This document shows, one piece after another, positions 51,628 through 60,807 of a DNA stretch of 64,000 nucleotides. The stretch is from Candidatus Bathyarchaeota archaeon (GTDB taxonomy: Archaea > Thermoproteota > Bathyarchaeia > Bathyarchaeales > Bathycorpusculaceae). Every line of letters starts with the position of its first letter. The stretch's first letter is position 1. The notes beneath the pieces were generated by a model. That model did not search any database. It was not told the origin of the DNA and was given only the letters and a program-made list of their open reading frames with translations. The position numbers were made by a program, and so were the translations under genes. The stretch spans positions 64,001 through 128,000 of the forward strand of contig CAVTZU010000018.1 in assembly GCA_963739305.1 (NCBI GenBank). The letters run 5' to 3'.

Positions 51628-52002
51628 ATGTCTGACATCAAGGTCACCGAAAAAGGGCAAAAGATCCTGGCCGTTTGGCATGGAGTTCCACGCAAAGAAA
51701 TCGAGTGGCATCCCACGGTTGAAAAAGAGCTATGCATAGGATGCGGGTTATGTGTGCTTGGTTGCGGAGCCAATGTTTATGCGTTCGATTTCAGTGACAA
51801 CAAACCAGTCGTCGTCGCACCTCTCAACTGTAAAGTAGGCTGCGTAACCTGCGCAAACACTTGCCCAGTGCATGCGATAAGCTTCCCGCCGCTTTCATAC
51901 TTGCATAAAATAATCAAGGAAAAAAAGGTTCTCACCACCAGCAGAGACGAACTCAAGAAGAGTGCAGACAGAATAGGTTACACCTACAAGGACGTGGAAT
52001 GA
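51628..52002 (+). CDS. 2x[4Fe-4S] ferredoxin family protein
   Basis: CIGCGLCVLGC, CKVGCVTCANTCP. Confidence 0.88.
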   Translation: MSDIKVTEKGQKILAVWHGVPRKEIEWHPTVEKELCIGCGLCVLGCGANVYAFDFSDNKPVVVAPLNCKVGCVTCANTCPVHAISFPPLSYLHKIIKEKKVLTTSRDELKKSADRIGYTYKDVE

Positions 52003-52006
52003 TACG

Positions 52007-52762
52007 TTGAAAGGAGAATCAGACGTGCCTCAAACATCAAACTTCCAATATTCTCTTTCGCTCAAGGAAACACTTGGACTGAAGTGGTCACCAGTCGCGG
52101 TCAAACTGGTCAAACCTGATGAACCCATCAACGAAATCCCTCCAAAGTCTCCCAAGAGGCTACGGTACTGTCAACTTCTGATGGAAGGAAAAAGGGGAAA
52201 AAGCGCGACTCTAACAAACGAAAACATTGCTTGTCCTGCTGCCGCGGCAGCTTTAGGGCTTATGCCTCTTCCTGAGAAGATCAGCAGTGGGAAGATGCTT
52301 AAAACACTCGGCCTGTTTGAGTCTGAAGAGGCTGCAGCAAAGACGATGGCGCAAATGTCAAGAATAAAACTGGGAGATGTCAAAGCAATCGCTGCTGCTC
52401 CACTTGAAAATGCGACATTCAGACCAGACGTCGTCATAATTGAGGACAACCCCGAAAGAATAATGTGGGTAAATCTGGCCGCAATTCACGAAACCGGAGG
52501 ACGTCTTTCTTTCAGCTCTGCCGTTTTTCAAGCTTGCTGCGTAGATGTGACGGTCATTCCATATCTTACCAAGAATGTCAACGTTAGCCTAGGCTGTTAT
52601 GGCTGCAGAGATGCCACCGACATAGCAGACGATGAATGTCTTGTTGGAATACCAATGGAAAAACTGGACGAAATAATCACATCGCTTAAAGCCCTAGCCC
52701 AGAAAGCCATGCCCGAAGCCCGAAACAAAGGAGTCTACAACCAGTTCGTCAAGGTTCAATAG
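52007..52762 (+). CDS. DUF169 family protein
   Basis: SPVAVKL, RYCQ, CPAAAAALG, PDVVII, ACC, SLGCYGCR. Confidence 0.88.
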   Translation: MKGESDVPQTSNFQYSLSLKETLGLKWSPVAVKLVKPDEPINEIPPKSPKRLRYCQLLMEGKRGKSATLTNENIACPAAAAALGLMPLPEKISSGKMLKTLGLFESEEAAAKTMAQMSRIKLGDVKAIAAAPLENATFRPDVVIIEDNPERIMWVNLAAIHETGGRLSFSSAVFQACCVDVTVIPYLTKNVNVSLGCYGCRDATDIADDECLVGIPMEKLDEIITSLKALAQKAMPEARNKGVYNQFVKVQ

Positions 52763-52793
52763 ACGCAGCTTATACACAAAAGAAGGTTTGAGC

Positions 52794-53165
52794 ATGGAAA
52801 AAGTCAAGGTAAGACTGGAAATCTATGAGGACGACCCGTTTGGAAGCACTTGCTGCGGCCCTGGTCCCCGAGTGACTTCTCTTGCAGCAGTAGAAAAGCT
52901 GCGGAGAATGTTGGAAGAACGGAGCGAAATAATGAACAGACTTTCAGAAGAATACAAAGACAGCGTCACCATAAAAAGAGATACCATTAACCAGAAACGA
53001 TGGGATTACCCAGAGTACGTAATGAGGCTAATGTTAGACAGCAAACCAACACCTTACATATTCATCGACGGGGAACCCGTCATAGTCGGCAAATTTCCAT
53101 CCTACGAAGAATTCATAGCGTTGCTGAAAGCAAGTTTGAGAAATGAGCAAAAACAAGGCCAATAG
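52794..53165 (+). CDS. ArsD-like thioredoxin-fold metallochaperone
   Basis: LEIYEDDP..TCCG N-terminus; PYIFIDGEPVIVGKFPSYEE resembles ArsD LPLLLLDGETVMAGRYP. Confidence 0.65.
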   Translation: MEKVKVRLEIYEDDPFGSTCCGPGPRVTSLAAVEKLRRMLEERSEIMNRLSEEYKDSVTIKRDTINQKRWDYPEYVMRLMLDSKPTPYIFIDGEPVIVGKFPSYEEFIALLKASLRNEQKQGQ

Positions 53166-53514
53166 GCAAGACTTGATGGATAGAGTTATCAGAATCAGAA
53201 GCTGGCAAGAATTCAAGCGCTTAGCTATCAATCTCAAACCTGAGTCCGTGGTTTACAACATAGAACAGAACGGTCTTTCTCCAGAAAGAGAGCTGACCTG
53301 TTTGAGGTTGATCATGCCGACTCAAGAAGTAGCGCGCGCGCTCTACTACATTTTCCTTGACTTCCCAAGAGAGGACGACTGCGGGAAACAGGCCATTCCA
53401 ATACGAAAGGATAGAAAAGGGAACGGATGCCTGGAGGACAAAGATATAATAGATTTTCTCAAAACCCAACTAGAAATAAAGGATTTGACCGTCTGTTCGT
53501 ACTGGACTATCTAG
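53143..53514 (+). CDS. Hypothetical protein
   Basis: ORF overlapping the end of the ArsD-like gene; no family recognised. Confidence 0.55.
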   Translation: MSKNKANRQDLMDRVIRIRSWQEFKRLAINLKPESVVYNIEQNGLSPERELTCLRLIMPTQEVARALYYIFLDFPREDDCGKQAIPIRKDRKGNGCLEDKDIIDFLKTQLEIKDLTVCSYWTI

Positions 53515-53615
53515 TGGTCACACTTCAGAAGATGGCGCGCGCTATGCTTCTAGGGAAAATGTGCGTGCTAAATCTTAAATTCTGTCTGACTAATAGTGGG
53601 ATTTGGTAATTTAGT

Positions 53616-54395
53616 TTGAGCAAAAACGTGATGAAGTGCTATGACATTGAAGGACAGACTGCAATCGTCACGGGTGCTTCTAGTGGATTAGGCGTGTGTT
53701 TTGCTGAAGCCTTGGCTGAGTGCGGAGTAAACCTTGTAATTGCCGCAAGAAGAAACGAAAAGCTAGTGAAAGTGGCTGAAGGTCTGACTCGTGAATATGA
53801 TGTCAAAGTGATTCCTGTTCAAACGGATGTGGTCCAAGAAGATCAAGTTATAAAGATGGTGAAAACCGCTGTGGACAGATTTGGCTCGCTGCAAATCATA
53901 GTCAACAATGCCGGGATCGGAGCCCTGAACCCTTCTACAGACATGCCACTTGAAGAATGGAAGAAAGTGATAGATGTTAACCTCACAGGCGTCTTCCTGT
54001 GCGCACGAACTGCAGCCTGTGAAATGATCAAGAACAAATACGGAAAAATAGTGAATATCGCTTCAATTTATGGTGCAGTAGGGGATATTTTTCCGACGGC
54101 ATCGTACTACGCCTCTAAGGGGGCAGTGATAAACTTGACGAGAGCTCTGGCTATAGAATGGGCTGCATATAAGATAAATGTTAACGCGATTGCACCTGGG
54201 TTTTTCCCGAGCGAAATGACTGCATCGGTTTTCCAAGACGAAAAAGCCATGCAACACATTCTATCCCGAACACCGCTGGGCAGAACAGGTGAACCCTTGG
54301 ATTTGAAGGCGGCACTAACTTACTTGTCGTCTCCAGCCTCGAACTACGTGACAGGTCAAACAATCTTCGTGGACGGCGGATGGACGGCACTATAG
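53616..54395 (+). CDS. SDR oxidoreductase (gluconate 5-dehydrogenase/FabG-like)
   Basis: TGASSGLG, NNAG, YYASKG, VNAIAPG, VDGG. Confidence 0.92.
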   Translation: MSKNVMKCYDIEGQTAIVTGASSGLGVCFAEALAECGVNLVIAARRNEKLVKVAEGLTREYDVKVIPVQTDVVQEDQVIKMVKTAVDRFGSLQIIVNNAGIGALNPSTDMPLEEWKKVIDVNLTGVFLCARTAACEMIKNKYGKIVNIASIYGAVGDIFPTASYYASKGAVINLTRALAIEWAAYKINVNAIAPGFFPSEMTASVFQDEKAMQHILSRTPLGRTGEPLDLKAALTYLSSPASNYVTGQTIFVDGGWTAL

Positions 54396-54398
54396 CAC

Positions 54399-54460
54399 CG
54401 CGAGCTATCGCCTTCCCTTTGGATCAAAAGAAGCCTATAAGGAGGGAAATAGCGCTCGCG
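54399..54460. terminator. Imperfect GC-rich hairpin between convergent genes
   Basis: CGCGAGC/GCTCGCG, GCTAT/ATAGC and TTCCCT/AGGGAA arms. Confidence 0.35.
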
Positions 54461-54498
54461 ACAGTAAGGGTATTCGCTCCACAAATCAAGGTAGGAAT

Positions 54499-55122
54499 TT
54501 ATGTGTTTCTCCAAACCTCCACCATGGATTGATCGCCTCGGTAACCGATGACCTTGTGAAGAGCTGATACCTCGAACCAGTTCTTTCGGGGGTTTACATC
54601 CAAGGGATTGTTAAAGTACATGAATTTGTCATCCATCCCAGTCACTGCAACCCAGTGCGGCAGGTTTTCTCCACTGTACAAGGACGCGTTTGTTACAATT
54701 AATGGAACATGGTCTGAAAGAAGCGAATTATAGATAATCTCGCCTGTGATTTTTTCCTTCCTTTCTTCGACTCCTAGTTTTCTGCATCTTGCTCTTCTTT
54801 CGTAAAAATGGAGCTCAAGCACCTGCATGTTCAGGTCCCTAACTGGGGGAACAAACCTATCGACAAAATCGATTCTATCAGTATTACTGGTAACTCTTGC
54901 ACAGAAACCACGAACAGCTGCAGAATAGGCCAGACCGTACCTGCTCGTTCCATACACTTCCAACATGTTTCCCTCCCTCCATATGTCAATCTCCAAATCC
55001 TTCGTGAGATGTACATGTTCATCAAGATGTTTCATAGCCATCATCAACGAGGCGGGACCGCATGTGAAGTCGTAATGCTGCCTGTAAAATGGGACGTTGA
55101 GATGAATCGACGCCTTGTCCAT
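54499..55122 (-). CDS. Peptidase C39-like family protein (DUF3335-like)
   Basis: YRQ..DFTCGPASLMMAM, PHWVAVTG.DD Cys-His-Asp pattern. Confidence 0.82.
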   Translation of the reverse strand: MDKASIHLNVPFYRQHYDFTCGPASLMMAMKHLDEHVHLTKDLEIDIWREGNMLEVYGTSRYGLAYSAAVRGFCARVTSNTDRIDFVDRFVPPVRDLNMQVLELHFYERRARCRKLGVEERKEKITGEIIYNSLLSDHVPLIVTNASLYSGENLPHWVAVTGMDDKFMYFNNPLDVNPRKNWFEVSALHKVIGYRGDQSMVEVWRNT

Positions 55123-55177
55123 GCTTCATCCTCATTCTACTAGTCTTGAGTTGGCACCCTCACTTTAAGCTTGAAGA

Positions 55178-57592
55178 TTAATCCTCAAGCGTTTTGAATT
55201 TGCGTGTTAGGTACACCTTGATTGGATCGTTGATTAGAAAAGTCGTTAACAGCGCGTAGCCCAAGATTGCAAGCAGAGGCATGTAGCCGAGTGGGGCAAG
55301 CTCTAAGACGCCGAAGCTGGAGATAGCGATCACGAACAGGATTTCTGCTAAGACTGTAATGCCAAGCAACCTGCTGGGTCTTGACTTCCAGAAGTGGTTC
55401 CGCTCACGAACGATCATTAGCGTGGATATGCCTGCAAGGTTCAGGTAGGCAAACCCGAAAGTGTAGATTTTCTCAACATTCCCAATTAGCCCAAAGTATG
55501 ATAGAGCAGGCACTGCAAAGAGTGCACTTTCAACCGTCATTAGTGCGCCTAGTGAGCCGCTGACTCCGAATAGCCGTCGCATGTCGAAGGTGTCAGGCTT
55601 GAGAGAAGAGCGCACATTGTCTGTTGATATGGACATGGAGACAAAGTCGCCGAGGAAAAGTATCAGCACCGTGCCCGTTATTGATAGCATTAATGAGTGG
55701 GTGAGGAAAAGCATCAAAACGATGAATCCAGCGATGTGCAGTTTGCGGGCGACCATCATTAAAGCCCAGCTATAGATTCTCTGATAAATCGTCCGCGAAG
55801 TCTTAATCATGGGTATTATTCCTCCAAGACCCTCAGCGGTGAGTACAGCGCTGGCGGAGTCTTTGGCGATGTCTGTTGCGTTCTTTACGGCGATTCCCAC
55901 TTCCGCCTGCCCCAAAGCTGGAGCGTCGTTCACGCCATCTCCAGTCATCCCAACCACATGTCCTATGCGTTGCAGAGTCTTGACTATGCTGAATTTGTCT
56001 TCGGGGTAAATCTGGGCTATGCCGTGGCTGTCTTCAATCGTTGAGTCAATAGGTGTTGCCTTGGTTTCATCTTCCTGAATCTTCGACATCGTGGTGACCC
56101 TGCTGCCTAATCCTACCTGCTGCGCGATGTTTTTAGCAATGGGAAGCGAGTCGCCCGTAAGCATCTTCACTTCTACACCTAACGCATGAATCTGCTCTAT
56201 TATCTCGCGTGAATCTTCTCTAATCCTGTCAGCGATGCCTGCAAGACCAACAAACTCCAGTCTGCTCCGTTCAGCTCCCTTGGCGACAGCGATCACTCTT
56301 AACCCTTTTGCGGAGAGTTGCTCAGCAATCGTGACCATAGCCTTTGCTTCCTCTTCCCGAGCGTTGCAGACAGCGCATATTACGTCAAAAGAGCCCTTTC
56401 CGACAAAGAATTTTTCGCCAGCTTTGTCGATTGTGGCTTCTGTCATTCTAGTTTTAGGGTCGAAGGGTATGAATTCCTTTTGTATGCAAGTATTCAAGGG
56501 TATACGTGCCTCTGCAGCAGCTGTTAAGAAAGCTATGTCGATTGGGTCCTGATTGGCTTCATTCGATGAAAGTGCCCCATAAAGCAACACGTCGCCTTCG
56601 CCAAATCCGTTAAGAGGAACTTCTTCTTCAACGAAGAGTTTGTTCATCGTAATTGTGCCCGTTTTGTCTGCACACAGAACATCCATCGTGGCTGCGTCCT
56701 CGCTCGCGCTCAGTCTTGTGACTAGGACGCTTTGTTTTGCAAGCATTGCTGAGCCGAGTGCCATGTTTATGGTAAACATCGTGGGCATGGCGATCGGCAC
56801 GGAGGCTACGAGCAACACGCCGGCAAGTGGCAACAATACGGCAAGGTCGAAACCAGTCAATACAGCGTAGACAAAGACTATCAAGAGAGATGCAAGCACG
56901 ATGATGGCGAGTCGGCGTGCTACGTTGACTGTGACTTCTTCCATGTGAAGTTTTGGTTTAGCCAGTTCGAGCAGGGAAATGGTTTTTCCAAAGTAGGTTT
57001 TCGTTCCTGTGGCGGCAACTGTACCTGTGGCTTCGCCGCGTTTTACAGCCGATCCCGAATAGGCTATCTCTCCAACACTCTTATCCACGATTCCAGACTC
57101 GCCAGTGAGCACGGATTGGTCCAAACCGAGAGAACCATCAACAATCTTTACATCCGCAGGCAAAAGATCGCCAATTCTGACTCTAACGAGATCGCCGGGA
57201 ACAAGCTCCCTAGCCGCGATGACGGCCCATTTTCCTTCTCTCTTGACTCTGCTCTGAATCCTTAGTCGCTGTTTTAGAGTTGCCATTGCAGCTTTTGCCC
57301 TTTTCTCCCGCCACAGCGACATTCCAGCGTTGAAAAGAAGAAGACCTATGATTACGGCTGCTTGCACATACTTACCTAACACCAATGTGACGATTGCAGT
57401 AGCTTCAAGCATCCAAGGTACGATGCCCCAGAAACGTTTTCCAAGTCTATTCCAAAAACTGACTTTCTTCTCAGAAACCTCATTGTACCCATACTTCGCA
57501 AGTCTCTTCTGGACTTCTTGTGCATCCAACCCATTTTCCAGATTTGTTCCTTTCAATTCTTGTTCTTTGTCGGAATCGTCCAAAATCTTCAC
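55178..57592 (-). CDS. P3A-type plasma-membrane proton-efflux ATPase
   Basis: DQSVLTGES, PIAMP, CADKTGT, DPID, PFDP, KG, LTGD, TGDGVNDAPAL. Confidence 0.88.
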   Translation of the reverse strand: MKILDDSDKEQELKGTNLENGLDAQEVQKRLAKYGYNEVSEKKVSFWNRLGKRFWGIVPWMLEATAIVTLVLGKYVQAAVIIGLLLFNAGMSLWREKRAKAAMATLKQRLRIQSRVKREGKWAVIAARELVPGDLVRVRIGDLLPADVKIVDGSLGLDQSVLTGESGIVDKSVGEIAYSGSAVKRGEATGTVAATGTKTYFGKTISLLELAKPKLHMEEVTVNVARRLAIIVLASLLIVFVYAVLTGFDLAVLLPLAGVLLVASVPIAMPTMFTINMALGSAMLAKQSVLVTRLSASEDAATMDVLCADKTGTITMNKLFVEEEVPLNGFGEGDVLLYGALSSNEANQDPIDIAFLTAAAEARIPLNTCIQKEFIPFDPKTRMTEATIDKAGEKFFVGKGSFDVICAVCNAREEEAKAMVTIAEQLSAKGLRVIAVAKGAERSRLEFVGLAGIADRIREDSREIIEQIHALGVEVKMLTGDSLPIAKNIAQQVGLGSRVTTMSKIQEDETKATPIDSTIEDSHGIAQIYPEDKFSIVKTLQRIGHVVGMTGDGVNDAPALGQAEVGIAVKNATDIAKDSASAVLTAEGLGGIIPMIKTSRTIYQRIYSWALMMVARKLHIAGFIVLMLFLTHSLMLSITGTVLILFLGDFVSMSISTDNVRSSLKPDTFDMRRLFGVSGSLGALMTVESALFAVPALSYFGLIGNVEKIYTFGFAYLNLAGISTLMIVRERNHFWKSRPSRLLGITVLAEILFVIAISSFGVLELAPLGYMPLLAILGYALLTTFLINDPIKVYLTRKFKTLED

Positions 57593-57637
57593 CCGAGTGC
57601 CTCTGTCTCACTTAATGAAAAAGCCAATATTGCCCCC

Positions 57638-57961
57638 TCAAACCAATTGTTCAACGATACGTTTTGAAAGAGTGCCTATCAGCTCCGGGGTCACCGCATC
57701 GATTATCTCTAATACTCTGCGATCTGTAATTGAGTAGAGTCTTCTGTTCGCGTTTTTTCTGTCCCTCACTAGCCCAGAGTCTTTGAGAATTTTCAAATGG
57801 CGGGACACCATGGGCTGGATAAGTCCAACATGTGGGATTATCTCGTACACGCATTTCTCGCCAGTGCGTAGGAATTCCAGGATTTCAAGCCTCGTCGAGT
57901 CCGAAAGGGCATCGAAAACTTTAGTCTTGAACTTGACCAGTTTATCTGTCTGGGGGTGCAT
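57638..57961 (-). CDS. arsR: ArsR/SmtB family repressor, paralogue (CVY motif)
   Basis: FDALSDSTRLEIL, EKCVYEI, QPMVSRHLKIL; close paralogue of 51225-51554. Confidence 0.92.
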   Translation of the reverse strand: MHPQTDKLVKFKTKVFDALSDSTRLEILEFLRTGEKCVYEIIPHVGLIQPMVSRHLKILKDSGLVRDRKNANRRLYSITDRRVLEIIDAVTPELIGTLSKRIVEQLV

Positions 57962-57981
57962 GTTTAAGGAAATATTGATGA

Positions 57982-58001
57982 CAATATTTAAATATTGCTA
58001 T
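57982..58001. promoter_or_regulatory. Palindromic bidirectional TATA / putative ArsR operator, copy 2
   Basis: CAATATTTAAATATTG 16-bp palindrome; 19 bp identical to 51576-51594 at the same 22-nt spacing from the arsR ATG. Confidence 0.78.
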
Positions 58002-58060
58002 GGATTACTCTATCTGCCAACGTGCGAAAGAACAAGAGAGCATGAAAAGAGGTGCAAATC

Positions 58061-58429
58061 GTGGAGAAAAAAAAGGCAAGTTTCATATTCTGTGTGTGCA
58101 CGGGAAAGTGTAGTGGATTCAAGGATCTAGACATGTGGGACTTCGTTAACATCGTAAGAGCCGAGTATCCGGTCGAATATGCGTTCATACATCCCATGCT
58201 CTGTGATGAAGACGGGGAACGCTTCTTTGCAGACTTCCTCCGAAAAGATAGGGTATATTTCATCGCTGGCTGTGCTGCAGTGATGCAGAAAAAGCTCTTT
58301 CGAGACGCGTTTGAGAAAGCTGGACTTGACATAAACAAGGATCTAGTTCCTCTAGACGTCAGGAACATGACTACAGAAAAAGCATTGGAAACCGTGAAGA
58401 AAGCCTTGGAGGCTACAACCCAAACATGA
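58061..58429 (+). CDS. Stand-alone HdrA N-terminal-like Fe-S domain protein
   Basis: FCVCTGKC...HPMLC...G...IAGC...LFR...AGL...LDVR mirrors the HdrA N-terminal CxC/LC/AAC/NIR pattern. Confidence 0.65.
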   Translation: MEKKKASFIFCVCTGKCSGFKDLDMWDFVNIVRAEYPVEYAFIHPMLCDEDGERFFADFLRKDRVYFIAGCAAVMQKKLFRDAFEKAGLDINKDLVPLDVRNMTTEKALETVKKALEATTQT

Positions 58430-58717
58430 CAGAAGAAACATACATGGGAGTTCCACGAAGCAAAATCCCTTGGTGCCCAAAGATCGATACAGCAAAATGT
58501 AACCAGTGCGAGGGCGACCCGCAATGCCTCAGATTCTGCCCCCATGGAGTGTTCGAATACAACAAGGAAAAGAAGGAATTCATCGTCAAAAACCCAGAAC
58601 AACTGCGTCGTGTTCTGCAGGGCATGCTCCAAAGTCTGCGCCGCGGACGCACTCAGTTTTCCAGAGAAGAAGGAAATTCTGAAGCTGATAAAAAATGTCC
58701 GAGAAGAAAAAAAGTAA
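58426..58717 (+). CDS. 2x[4Fe-4S] ferredoxin, 1-nt frameshift near 58597
   Basis: CNQC...CLRFCP; removing one G gives NPNNCVVFCRACSKVC...REEKK stop. Confidence 0.82.
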
Positions 58718-59099
58718 GTACATAATCATCCCGTGTAGCGGGATCGGAAAGGCACTCGGAACGATAACGCGTAGAGCCACGTACATCGTGACCGAAGAAC
58801 TGTTGCCGAATGATACCGATTCTATTTGTCTTCCTTTGCTCACAATCGAAGACGAGGAGACTGTGCGGAAAATAAGAGAGAACCCTTGCATAACCCTAGA
58901 TGGCTGCGTTGCTCAATGTGCCAAGAAAAATGTTGAACACCATCACGGAGAACTCAAAGGAAGCATCAGGATCCTGGACGTGATCAAGGAGAATCCTAAG
59001 CTTAAGCCTGGAACGGTACTGGACATCGGACCTGACGGTGAGAAACTGGCAAGAAAAACAGCCGAAAAAGCCGTCAAAATCATAGGAGATAAAAATTGA
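58695..59099 (+). CDS. DGC-domain putative zinc-binding protein
   Basis: PCSG, ICLP, LDGCVAQCA. Confidence 0.88.
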   Translation: MSEKKKSKYIIIPCSGIGKALGTITRRATYIVTEELLPNDTDSICLPLLTIEDEETVRKIRENPCITLDGCVAQCAKKNVEHHHGELKGSIRILDVIKENPKLKPGTVLDIGPDGEKLARKTAEKAVKIIGDKN

Positions 59100-59503
59100 A
59101 GATCAAACGCAAAATCGGCTTAATCTCCTGCAGCGGAGAAGGGCTTCCTGAAGGAATGATATCCCGCGTAGCAACTCGAAGAATACTAGAAGAACGCGAC
59201 GACGTCGTAACAATCTGCCTTCCTCTCTTTCTCGCAGGCGGACAAGAAGAGAGAGACTTCGCCAAGGACAATCCTTGCATAACCGTTGACGGCTGCGACA
59301 AGATGTGTGCCGCCAAAGGCGTCCAAATGTACGGCAAAGTGCATCCCAAATCGTCAATAGTCATATCAGACATTGCAGAAAAACATAAACATCTTAAACC
59401 CAAATCAAAAAGCAGAATAGAACCTCAAGACGAGAAGCTTGTTAAAGAAACCATGAAACGCATTACTGAGGAGATAGACAGAGTAGAGGAGGAAGAAGAG
59501 TAG
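59096..59503 (+). CDS. DGC-domain putative zinc-binding protein
   Basis: SCSG, ICLP, VDGCDKMCA. Confidence 0.88.
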   Translation: MKIKRKIGLISCSGEGLPEGMISRVATRRILEERDDVVTICLPLFLAGGQEERDFAKDNPCITVDGCDKMCAAKGVQMYGKVHPKSSIVISDIAEKHKHLKPKSKSRIEPQDEKLVKETMKRITEEIDRVEEEEE

Positions 59504-59504
59504 C

Positions 59505-60311
59505 ATGTCAATAGAAAAGAAAGTTGCCGTTGCTGTTTGCACAGGCATGGACCGACCGCTTGCCACAGTGTCCAGATACGCAGGATACCATGTTCTAGAA
59601 AAACTGAGGCCAGACAAGACTGTCTTGCTTTGCACTCCAGCCCTAATAAGTGGCGTTAAAGAGGACGTGACCTTTGCCAAAGAGAACCCTATATTGGTCA
59701 TCGATGGCTGTGAAGAGAGATGCTGCGAAAAGATAGTCAATGAAGCGAAAGGACAGATCAAAGCCATCATAAACGTTGAAGACGTCCTGAAAGAACACGA
59801 GGACTTGCAGCCTGAGTCGAGAGCTAAGCTTGGGCCGAAAGGAATGAAACTTGCGGAAATAGTCGGAGAACTGGCCGCGAAGAAGGTCGATGAAATACTC
59901 GCAGGGGTGAAAGAGATGGAAGATAAGAAAGTCGCTATCGTAGCCTGCACTGGCATGGGAAAAGCACTTGGGACAGTAGCTCGACAGGTCGCCTTCAAGG
60001 TCGTGGATGAACTGCGACCTGGAAAAGCAGTGCTGATATGTATTCCATCTCTCACCGCAGGAGTCGGAGAATACAAGAACCTGTTGCAGAAGTATCCTTC
60101 CATCGTACTGGATGGTTGCGTGGAAAGGTGTGCCACTAAAATCATTTTCAAGAACAAAGGCATTATGAGGGCTAAAGTTTTCATGCCTCAAATGGTCGCA
60201 AAGTATGGCTTAAAGCCCCTGTCCCGAACTGACCTCGGTGAAGAAGGGGAGAAACTTGTTACGAAAATAGCTGAAGAAGTAGCCGCGTTAGTTGACCAGC
60301 TTTCAAGGTGA
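59505..60311 (+). CDS. Tandem double DGC-domain protein
   Basis: CTG...LCTP...IDGCEERCC and CTG...ICIP...LDGCVERCA. Confidence 0.88.
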   Translation: MSIEKKVAVAVCTGMDRPLATVSRYAGYHVLEKLRPDKTVLLCTPALISGVKEDVTFAKENPILVIDGCEERCCEKIVNEAKGQIKAIINVEDVLKEHEDLQPESRAKLGPKGMKLAEIVGELAAKKVDEILAGVKEMEDKKVAIVACTGMGKALGTVARQVAFKVVDELRPGKAVLICIPSLTAGVGEYKNLLQKYPSIVLDGCVERCATKIIFKNKGIMRAKVFMPQMVAKYGLKPLSRTDLGEEGEKLVTKIAEEVAALVDQLSR

Positions 60312-60315
60312 AAAG

Positions 60316-60789
60316 ATGGAACAATTAGAACTGAAAGTTGACAAATATACGTTCATCGTTCCTAAAGGTCTCTACTACAACGAGAATGATTTTTGGGCCA
60401 GAATTGAGGGCAAGATAGCAACCGTCGGCATAACGTCCTATCTGCAAAATCATTTGAGTGACATAGTCTTCGTCTCTCTCCCACAAATCGGCACCAAAAT
60501 TGAACAATTCGGTGAAGCCGGATCCTTTGAATCAGTGAAGGCTGCTCTGGACGTTATATCACCTGTTTCAGGCTCAATAGTTGAAGTCAACAATGAATTA
60601 GTGAATTCGCCTGAACTTGCAAATTCAGATCCATATGGCAGAGGCTGGTTCGTGAAGATCGAGCTGACAGATTTTGAGTCAGACAAAGAGAATCTCATAG
60701 ACGCAGAAGGCTACTTTGAGGTCATGAAGAAAAAAGTGGAAAAAGAACACGAGCAACTGAAACAAAAGCGAGCTGTAAACACGACTTAG
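60316..60789 (+). CDS. GcvH-like lipoyl carrier protein (second copy)
   Basis: VGITSY, FESVKAALDVISPVSG (lipoyl Lys), NSDPYGRGW. Confidence 0.9.
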   Translation: MEQLELKVDKYTFIVPKGLYYNENDFWARIEGKIATVGITSYLQNHLSDIVFVSLPQIGTKIEQFGEAGSFESVKAALDVISPVSGSIVEVNNELVNSPELANSDPYGRGWFVKIELTDFESDKENLIDAEGYFEVMKKKVEKEHEQLKQKRAVNTT

Positions 60790-60807
60790 AAAGAGGGCAG
60801 GCGAGTC

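Noticed and set aside
51628-52002. Ferredoxins near arsR as HgcB (mercury methylation)
   Set aside because: No hgcA cap-helix gene in the window and no C-terminal Cys pair.
58061-60789. Operon as a canonical sHdr-LbpA or glycine cleavage system
   Set aside because: No HdrB/C, flavin-binding HdrA, TusA/DsrE, LipS, GcvP or GcvT in the window.
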